Source: Eledone cirrhosa | Taxonomy: Eukaryota | Direction of reading: 5' to 3' | Length of the DNA stretch: 64,000 bases | Assembly: GCA_964016885.1 (NCBI GenBank) | Contig: OZ024756.1 | Location: 16,616,001 to 16,680,000, forward strand | In this document: positions 57,012 through 64,000 of the stretch, one piece after another | Numbering within the stretch: the stretch's first letter is position 1 | Layout of the letters: each line of letters starts with the position of its first letter | The notes under the pieces: model-generated | The model's input: the letters and a program-made list of their open reading frames with translations, nothing else | Told to the model about the DNA's origin: nothing | Database searches by the model: none | Made by a program: the position numbers and the translations under genes

Positions 57012-58859
57012 AATTATTCATTAAAGTAATTACCAATTACGGCTTTAAATTAAATATTGATTTACGATCGTGTGTGTGTATTTATATATACATACACACG
57101 AAGCTTTATCAAACGCTTACCATATAGATAGACCCATCACACACATAGTAGGCAGAACGTGGAGTATAATGTACCGTTTCCATTTTCTATGGACGGGAGA
57201 AGGACCTTCGATAATTTTCTATAATTTTATTATTACATTAGTTGCTCTGGCATTTTATTTGACCTTTTTCTTTCATTTCATCTAATTGCGTTTCAGAGTG
57301 GTTCATTCATTTCAGATTTACCGTTCTACTAATGCAAAAGTCATGTGGTTTACTGTAAATTACAGATATTGGACCCACCCAAAAAATCTTACAAGATGCA
57401 ACGAACCTCATGGGAGGTTAGCTAAACCTACATAGGTGGGAGCCAAAACAATAGCAACGAAATACACAGCTAAGTCTGATGGTGGTTGAGCATATGCCGA
57501 ACATTCTCCTTGTGATACGTGAGCAATAGTGCCTTCATTTCTCAAGTATAAAGTATTAATAAAGCATTATTATTCTTATTAATATCAATCATTTGCAAAA
57601 CTCAATAGAAAAATTATTAAAGTTTGCGAAAGCGAAATGGGTGCGCTAAAGTCCAAGATCGCCATGGTCTGGTAGCTTAGCTTTAGATTGAATGAGAAAG
57701 ACTGATGACCACCCAGTCCTTTTTTTTTAAAACTATCTTGAACTACATTACATAGCTAATGAGTGTACTTCCCTTCTTGATCTATGGAGTGTGATTTGGG
57801 GGAGATTTGGCAGTTTTTTTCTAGCGTATCGAACAACTAAGTAGAGATCTTTCATTGATTATAGAGGTTTTGTTTTTTGTGGGGGGTGTTTTTACACACT
57901 CGAATAAAAAAATATGTACAGTGCGCCACAGAACAATTGCTAAATATTATTATTATTTATCGAAACAACCTGTACTGTAATTCTAGTTTTTGGAGATGAA
58001 AGTTTACTCCGAGATACTGTTAAACGACCTATTATAGTTTTCAACGCAACCTGGCCGCTTTTAGTTTTTGTAGAAAGTTCAGGCCTACTCGTAGACCAGC
58101 TAAAAGTGAGCAACCAAATCGCCTTCAAATCACAATACACTGCCTTTAAAAATAAAGGGAGGTCAATCGTTCTAATTTAGCCCTAAGCCAGCCCCAACCT
58201 ATGATGATCAATGGTACTTCCAGTCGTGACCACCCATCTTTATATTTATTATCAGACACAAGACGGCATAATCCAATGTTATTTGTGGTATTTACTGCAG
58301 TTTAATCTCCACCACTTCCCGACTTTGTTTCCTCAAAACTTTCTTAAGCACTAGGCCGGCAATTGGAGGTGAAATGTCGATTTTTAATCGACCCAGTACT
58401 CCACTTGTACTTTATTTTATTGAGCTCTTTGAGATTTGAACTCAATATCTATAGAGGCGGAACACATACCGCAAAGCAGTTTGTCAGCAACTCTAATGAT
58501 TCGACCAGCATATATTTTTATGAAAATTTGCAGATATAAATTTAACGATAATGTTCATAAATTTTTTTTTTTTTCCTTTTCGTCATAATTCGTATTTTTA
58601 GAAATTACACTACGGTCTTTGTACAATATCAGCAAGGTATGTTGTTCGTAATCTGAGGAAAGATTTGACTGCTATGTTCAGCAGGTGGAATAATGCCGAT
58701 ATACATACTTCCATGGGTTTGACAGTCCCAAATTAAACTATAAACATAAAAGACAAAACTAACTATGGTAGTTGGTTTAATAAGAGTCAATGAGGGTTTA
58801 TAAAGGAATTTTAAGGTACTTGTGGGTGAGGGGCACTTGTTACCTTTAGATGTCCCACA

Positions 58860-58904
<45 letters not shown>

Positions 58905-59137
58905 TATATATTTTGGGGATACCCTGTATACATACATATATCAGGTTGATCGGATTCCTGAAGGCGAAACTCAGGAGTGTCCCCTGTCAATCTACTAAAT
59001 TTGATTCTACTACCAGTATTGGATCACCTCATCAATAGATCTTGTTTTTTTATTTATAATTATATTAAGTCCACAACCCTCAACAGATCTTCATTCTCCT
59101 TCATATATATATATTATTCAGATGTACGAATAAAACC

Positions 59138-59191
<54 letters not shown>

Positions 59192-59414
59192 TATTTTGGG
59201 GACACTCCTGAGTTTCGCCTTCAGGAATCCGATCAACCTGATATATGTATGTAGATATATGTGTGCATATATATATATGTGTGTGTGTATGTGTGCGTAT
59301 GTGTCTGTATATGTGCATATATATGTGCGTGTGTGCATGTGCATATATATATATATATATATAATTTATATCCCTTAGCTTGAAAAACTACGAGTTTATG
59401 TCTATATGTGTGTG

Positions 59415-59447
<33 letters not shown>

Positions 59448-59555
59448 CGAAGCGATTGAAATAAAGAGAAAATCCAGAGCAGAAAAAAAGTTGTCAAAAA
59501 TTCCATGACAAACACATACCTTCTAAGGTACTCAGAGTTTCCCCGAAGCGAGTAG

Positions 59556-59593
<38 letters not shown>

Positions 59594-59801
59594 GTAACAA
59601 AGTGATTCTTTTTTTTTTTAGGGGGGAGGGAGGTTATTGCTGTTGCCTTATATTTTTCTTGTTTTTTTTTTTTTAACTTACCACTCTCAGGTCAAGTACT
59701 CCATCTTCGGTGTCTTGCAAAAGAGACACAAACTTGGAAGTAAGAAGGCCGAGACTTTTCTCGTGCCGACTAGGTGGTGTTTGGTCTGCACTAGCCATCA
59801 T
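32519..59801 (-). CDS. E2F4: E2F4/5-family transcription factor, paralog B, 8 coding exons: 59682-59801, 44360-44469, 43519-43676, 42798-42913, 41447-41674, 36703-36796, 34268-34312, 32519-32670 (1023 nt, about 340 aa)
   Basis: Exons join in frame with GT-AG ends. Motifs: [45 protein letters not shown] (E2F DBD), AYV..EDV/APSGT.L.VP (marked box), and C-terminal [27 protein letters not shown] (pocket-protein binding). The exon 3/4 junction is less certain (see findings). Confidence 0.92.
34268..34312 (-). CDS. E2F4: E2F4/5 paralog B exon 7 ([14 protein letters not shown]), 45 nt
   Basis: TTTCCAG acceptor, GTTCGT donor, phase 1-1 fits its neighbours; resembles the acidic segment preceding PLLRLSP in E2F4/5. 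Confidence 0.7.
34799..35008. mobile_element. piggyBac-type TTAA MITE (other copies about 9260-9465, 17747-17915, 31275-31590, 32728-32940, 33090-33298, 39803-39957, 42950-43118, 43845-44052)
   Basis: TTAA-CCCTTTAGCATTTA ... TAAATGCTAAAGGG-TTAA termini match the piggyBac fossil at 7842-9258. Confidence 0.85.
35474..35898. mobile_element. hAT (Charlie-like) MITE with a nested SINE
   Basis: TIR CAGGCATGTCAAACT / AGTTTGACATGCCTG; 8-bp TSD CTTTAGAC/CTCTAGAC; inner SINE flanked by a TCTTTGTAATATAAAATAAT duplication. Confidence 0.85.
36703..36796 (-). CDS. E2F4: E2F4/5 paralog B exon 6 ([31 protein letters not shown])
   Basis: TTCCAG acceptor, GTATGT donor; clear homology to paralog A exon 2520-2631. 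Confidence 0.85.
36889..39136. mobile_element. TTAA MITE whose subterminal 60 bp has amplified into a satellite (37030-39125, about 35 copies)
   Basis: MITE termini flank the array; unit GGTAAAGCCTTTACCATGAAAATACAATAGTATATATAGAGTAATGTAAATGTTATGCGA matches single-copy MITE sequence at 34949-35000. Confidence 0.92.
40910..41342. repeat. (GGT/GAT/GTT)n microsatellite
   Basis: Trinucleotide repeat; similar tracts at 20560-20700, 30940-31070, 43200-43480 and 48240-48370. Confidence 0.95.
41447..41674 (-). CDS. E2F4: E2F4/5 paralog B exon 5 ([27 protein letters not shown]...TPHKQQRK)
   Basis: TTTTCAG acceptor; [16 protein letters not shown] motif of E2F4/5; the phase 0 GTATAT donor is weak. Confidence 0.85.
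42242..42448 (-). mobile_element. RTE-clade LINE 3' end fragment (decayed)
   Basis: [12 protein letters not shown]...[31 protein letters not shown] resembles RTE-like ORF C-termini. Confidence 0.55.
42798..42913 (-). CDS. E2F4: E2F4/5 paralog B exon 4 ([38 protein letters not shown]), marked box
   Basis: TTCTTTTGTAG acceptor, GTAAGT donor; homologous to 14041-14149. Confidence 0.85.
43519..43676 (-). CDS. E2F4: E2F4/5 paralog B exon 3 ([52 protein letters not shown]), dimerisation coiled coil
   Basis: (TC)n-CAG acceptor; homologous to 16784-16945. The 3' end is either 43519 (GTTCGT donor) or 43515 (degenerate U12 donor GTATCTTC). Confidence 0.85.
44360..44469 (-). CDS. E2F4: E2F4/5 paralog B exon 2 ([37 protein letters not shown])
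   Basis: CAG acceptor, GTAAGT donor, 110 nt, RRIYD DNA-recognition motif. Confidence 0.95.
44470..45670. repeat. 81-bp minisatellite made of duplicated exon 2 splice-acceptor region, about 13 copies, paralog B intron 1
   Basis: TGTCATGGAAATTATAGAGTAGAGGGAGGACTTAAC (or a TGTCTCATGG variant) at 44751, 44832, 44913, 44994 and onward, 81-bp period. Confidence 0.92.
48565..48760 (+). mobile_element. tRNA-derived SINE, family 2 (many copies: about 8820, 9015, 15255, 17910, 35570, 36140, 52410, 63795)
   Basis: TGGCAGTATCGG A-box, GAGTTCAAATCC B-box, CTTTCATCCTTACGGGGTCGATAA core; flanking ATTATTATGAAGGGT duplication. Confidence 0.85.
53438..53932 (+). mobile_element. SINE family 3 with internal tandem repeats (CTGAATCTCCCTGAGAACTAC); also about 20980-21260, 31600-31990, 56752-56955
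   Basis: TGGCTTAGTGG head, CCTTGAGCAAG core, repeated GCTGAATCTCCC module. Confidence 0.65.
54000..54340. mobile_element. Mariner-type MITE with internal about 150-bp tandem duplication (related copy about 23440-23692)
   Basis: TACGAGGGTCGACTGAAAAGTTCA ... TGAACTTTTCAACT termini; duplicated GACCAAGATACTCTCATGGAA block. Confidence 0.7.
55490..55650 (-). mobile_element. Palindromic Penelope-like pLTR fragment, family 2 (second copy 61305-61520)
   Basis: Inverted arms GACCCCGACGGCAGAGCTC; hammerhead 3' half GAAACGGC..GCCGTC on minus; flanked by (TA)n. Confidence 0.6.
56125..56174 (+). ncRNA. Type I hammerhead ribozyme motif
   Basis: TTC-CTGATGA-TTTCATTCGAAT-GAAA-CAG(TTCTAGTC)CTG-TA-GAA; stem I is short. 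Confidence 0.55.
56300..56381. mobile_element. About 80-bp Tc1/mariner MITE (similar at 55915-55989)
   Basis: TACAGGGTGTCCC ... GGGACACCTTGTA. Confidence 0.65.
59682..59801 (-). CDS. E2F4: E2F4/5 paralog B exon 1 ([40 protein letters not shown])
   Basis: ATG ATG start, 120 nt, GTAAGT donor, E2F DBD N-terminal half. Confidence 0.93.
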
Positions 59802-60169
59802 GTGGAAATAATAGCAAGCGAGAGAAAGAGAGAGAAAGAAAAAAAACCACACACGCAGCCCCACAAACACCTCGATGAAATAGGTTGTTCTGTGGCGCAC
59901 TGTACACTGGGTAGACAGTTCCTCCTCTTCCTTCTTTATCTCGTCTCTTTCTCCTCTTCTCTTACCCTAACCTTTCCTCTTTTTTTTCCTCTTTCATTTA
60001 AATGATTTGTTGCTATTTTTTTCCTTTCGTCTCTTTTACCTTTAACTTTTTCTTCCTTTCATTCTTATTTCTTTTTCTTTCTACTTATTCCTCCTCTTTC
60101 TTTCCCTCAGTCGTTCTTCTCCTTCTATCTATCTATGTCGTTTTACCCTTTCTCTCTGTCAATATTTCC

Positions 60170-60201
<32 letters not shown>

Positions 60202-60664
60202 TTGTCATTATTACCCTTTCTCTACCTCTCTGTCTATCATTATTAACCTTTTCTTTATTTCTCTCCTTCTCTCTCTTTCTTTCTCTCCCCTTCTCTCATT
60301 CATTGTTACCATTTCGCTCTCTCTCTCTCTGTCTATATTACCTTTTCTTCCTTTCTCTCATTATTACCTTCTCTGTCATTATTACTCTCTCTGTTATTAC
60401 CTTCTCTCTCTTTCTGTTTTCGCTTTCCTTTTCTGCTCTCATTCCTTCTTACGTTCTTTTTTCATCCTTCTCTACTTATTGCTATTTCTTCCTCCTCCTC
60501 CTCCTCCTCTACTCTTCCTTCTTGCACCTCATTCCCCACTTCAGTGATATTTTAAAAGTTTCTCACCTTTTCCTTCCTTCTTTTCATTCCCTCACACACT
60601 CATTTATTCCTCCCAATATACACTAATTTCTTCACTTCATTATCATTCTCCTCTGCTCGCGTTC

Positions 60665-60706
<42 letters not shown>

Positions 60707-60773
60707 TATCACTCTTTATCTCAATCCTTCTTTTCCATTCACAATTTACTCCAATTCCTACTTCGTCTCCCAT

Positions 60774-60809
<36 letters not shown>

Positions 60810-61267
60810 CAATAAATCTGTTCAACTCTCATCCTTGCCTATATATGTTATTACACCCGGCGGCAGCACCTCCTCCTCCGCCTTGTTGCTTTCATTCATT
60901 AGAAGAAAGAGTAAGAGATGAAGAAAAAGTTGAAATAAGGAGAGAGAGAGAGAGGTGCTGAAGAAAACGAAAGGCTTATTACACCACAACAAACAGAAAA
61001 AGAGAGAGAGGGGGGGGTGAAGAAAAAGAAAGACTTATCACACCGCGACAGAATGAGAGAGAGAGAAACAAAGAGAGTGTGAGAGAGGTATTGATAAAAA
61101 GCGAAAGGTTTATCCACACCATGAGAAAAAACCACTCACTTCACGCTTTTCCCACACCTTGTTATTAACTTTCTTTCATTCAAACATTTTCTTACCATCT
61201 CTCTCTCTCTGTTAAATATATATATATATATATATATAAAGTTATATATTATCTTTACACACACACG

Positions 61268-61306
<39 letters not shown>

Positions 61307-61516
61307 CTGAGGAGTTGTGGTAAGGAACTAGATGGACCATAACGCACCAGAGTACTCAATACTTAGGGTAGTAGAGTGAGTAATAGGAGAAAGTATGACC
61401 CCCGACGGCAGAGCTCAAGCCGTTTCGACGGCTATTTCTGGACTAAAGTGATATACAATTAGTCCAGAAATAGCCGACGAAAGGGCTTGAGCTCTGCCGT
61501 CAGGGTCATACTTTCT

Positions 61517-61555
<39 letters not shown>

Positions 61556-61567
61556 TAATATAGAAAT

Positions 61568-61619
61568 GGCTTCTACAGAACTAGAACTGTTTCTTTCGAA
61601 GGAAATCATCAGGAAAGCC
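61568..61619 (-). ncRNA. Type I hammerhead ribozyme motif
   Basis: Minus strand GGCTTTC-CTGATGA-TTTC(CTTC)GAAA-GAAA-CAG(TTCTAGTT)CTG-TA-GAAGCC; all three stems pair, GUA cleavage triplet. Confidence 0.72.
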
Positions 61620-61749
61620 CTAAGTCCTGATGATTTCCTTCGAATGAAACAGTTCTAATCCTGTAGAAGCCATTTCTATATTAAATATTGTATATCCTCT
61701 ACTATGTTTTGCGTACCTTACTTACTGTGGTTACCCCCGATTGAACCCA

Positions 61750-61786
<37 letters not shown>

Positions 61787-61914
61787 GCGTGTGTGTGTAC
61801 ATATAAAAGATAATATATATGTATAATATATAACATTTCTAGGTTTCGCCAACCATTGGCCTAGGCTATATACATATATGAGAATTTCTATATACATGTG
61901 ATATATATATACAG

Positions 61915-61945
<31 letters not shown>

Positions 61946-62359
61946 CTCCTCCGCCACTTCTCTCTTCATTCATAATCCAACTCCTGGGGGCAACTTCTTT
62001 CTACGTAGTAGTCACAACGACCTGCCCCTTACGTTAAGCAGCCATAGACATTAAATGTGAGTGTGTGTGCTTATCTCCCGCAAAAAATCCCTTGCTTGGA
62101 GACCACATGGTTTTAAGTCATAAAACTTGAAGCGAACTACTAAAATATTTGATCGAGCGATTCTTCAATATGTTGCATAGCAAGATAATTTTTCTCTCTC
62201 TTTTTTTAAGGGCATTCACGGGAAGGGATCAGCTCGAAGCTGACACACTTTATACTGAATACTTTTTACAGTTATATTTCCAATTTGACTTTTACTGAAG
62301 TATATATATTATATATATATATGTGTGTGTGTATGTATATATATATATAGAGAGAGAGA

Positions 62360-62552
62360 GAAGTGGTAGCACAACAGTTAGTTCACCATACCGAGAACAA
62401 TTGTTTCACCTTAGCGGATGCTCAGCTGAAGATCCGCTAAGGTGAAACAATTGTTCTCGGTATGGTGAACTAACTGTTGTGTTACCACTTCTACCTAACT
62501 CGTCCCATGGACTGAGTGCTCTACCACTACGGATATTACCTTCCAGTGTTCT
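62360..62552 (+). mobile_element. Near-perfect 130-bp palindrome with minimal hammerhead (Penelope-like pLTR family 3)
   Basis: CTGAAGA-TCCGCTAAGGT-GAAA-CAATTG-TT-CTCGGT; the fragment at 26226 supplies the ACCGAG stem I partner. Confidence 0.65.
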
Positions 62553-62935
62553 ACCTCTCTCTCTCTATTTTTTCTTTTTTTCTTTTTACGTCCGCTTTTT
62601 CCCTGCTTGCAAGGGTGGGACGGGAACTGATTTGGCTTGATTTCTACAGCTGGATGCCCTTCCTAACACCAACCTCATTTACAGTGAGTGCTGGGTGCTT
62701 TTTTGCCATGGCACCTCCACGACCACTTTGCAGTGGAATGATAGGGACCCCAGTCCCTATCATCTCATTTCTACAGCTGAGTAAACTCGAGCAATGTGAA
62801 ATAAAGTGTCTTGCTCAAGGACACAACACATCACCCAGTCTATTATAGACTATCATTGTAAGCTCTCTCTACCTTGGAGTGAAATTAAAATCCTGACAAT
62901 GACGTTCACATATAGCGTGGTAACAGAACAAATAT

Positions 62936-63250
62936 ATGACCACTCCCAAATATGACATACTCTCCAAGTATCAGTCACTCTCCGACAGGGTTGCAGTTGA
63001 GCCCCTAGCAGTGGAGACTTCTGGTGTCCTTGGCCCTCAGGCTACCTCCCTACTAACCACCATATGCATTGAACCGGCTAGCCGCAGGTGTGAGCCTCGC
63101 GAGATGGAATGGCTCTTCCAATGCATCTCCCTTACCATCCTCCATGGAAACGCTTTCTCCATTCTGTCCGCTAAGGCGGTGGGGCAGCCAGCATGTGGGA
63201 CCCCATTTACTCATAATAGAGATGGGGAGAGCGAGAGAAGGAGGCAATGA
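62936..63250 (+). mobile_element. CRE-like non-LTR retrotransposon C-terminal (restriction-like endonuclease) fragment
   Basis: KYQSL...PLAVETSGVLGP....L...RE..WLFQCISL.I.HGNA.SIL motif. Confidence 0.65.
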
Positions 63251-63794
63251 CAGTGGGAGTTCGGCTCTTCTGTGTTCGGACCAAGTGTGCAGCATTAGTT
63301 TCCTTGAGTAAGACACTTTATTTCACATTGCTCCAGTTTACTCAGCTGTAGAAATGAGATGATAGGGACTGGGGGTCCCTATCATTCCACTGCAAAGTGG
63401 TCGTGGAGGTACCACAGAAAAAAAGCACCCAGCACTCACTGTAAATGAGGTTGGTGTTAGGAAGGGCATCCAGCTGTAGAAATCAAGCCAAATCAGTTCC
63501 CGTCCCACCCTTGCAAGCAGGGAAAAGTGGACGTAAAATGATGATATATAATACATAAATATATAAACTTCAATCTGTTATTTTAATAAATATATATATA
63601 TATATAATACATACACACACACATATATATATGTATATATAATAGTAATGAGTATAATCGAAATTGCAGCTGTAAGTAGCATATTAATACCCGATCTTCG
63701 AAGACAGTCACAAAGCACTCGATGATAAAGTAATTAATTCATTTCTCCTCAGAGTCAACACGAGAAGTAAAGTAATAGTGACACAATGGATAAT

Positions 63795-63979
63795 TGTTTC
63801 TACTTTAGGCACAAGGCCAGCAATTACCCAGTGCATTACTGGTACTTTATTTTATCGACCCCGTAAGGATGAAAGGGAAAGTCAACCTCGGCGGGATTTG
63901 AACTCAGATCGTAAAGGGACGTAACTATGCTGTAAAGCATGGCGTCCGACCCTCTACCGATACTGCCAATCCACCGCCC
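63795..63979 (-). mobile_element. Young SINE family 2 copy with 19-bp target-site duplication
   Basis: TAGTGACACAATGGATAAT at 63776-63794 and 63980-63998. Confidence 0.88.
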
Positions 63980-64000
63980 TAGTGACACAATGGATAATGT

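Noticed and set aside
60002-60626. Hydrophobic Phe/Leu/Ser-rich ORFs upstream of paralog B
   Set aside because: CT-rich low-complexity DNA, not a membrane protein

Overview
AT-rich, microsatellite- and SINE-dense animal genomic DNA. The repeat families look cephalopod (Octopus-like); this is inferred from pattern recognition, not from a search. The only host genes are two tandem, head-to-tail E2F4/5-family paralogs on the minus strand, which I reconstructed exon by exon. Copy B (ATG 59801, stop 32519) has 8 exons and about 340 aa, with DNA-binding domain, coiled coil/marked box and pocket-protein-binding motif. Copy A (ATG 25141) has 6 visible exons; its last exons probably lie left of the window. 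Three points stand out. (1) Exon 2 is identical between the paralogs while exon 1 differs at about 25% of sites, suggesting gene conversion. (2) Copy A keeps a textbook U12 (minor spliceosome) intron 3, while copy B appears to have converted it to U2 by splice-site sliding. (3) Several palindromic elements next to (TA)n tracts carry type I hammerhead ribozyme folds, as in Penelope-like elements. Introns also hold three large satellites (one born inside a piggyBac-type MITE), an array of duplicated splice acceptors, and piggyBac, pogo, hAT, RTE, CRE and Penelope fossils. The very long ORFs in the ORF track are repeat artefacts.
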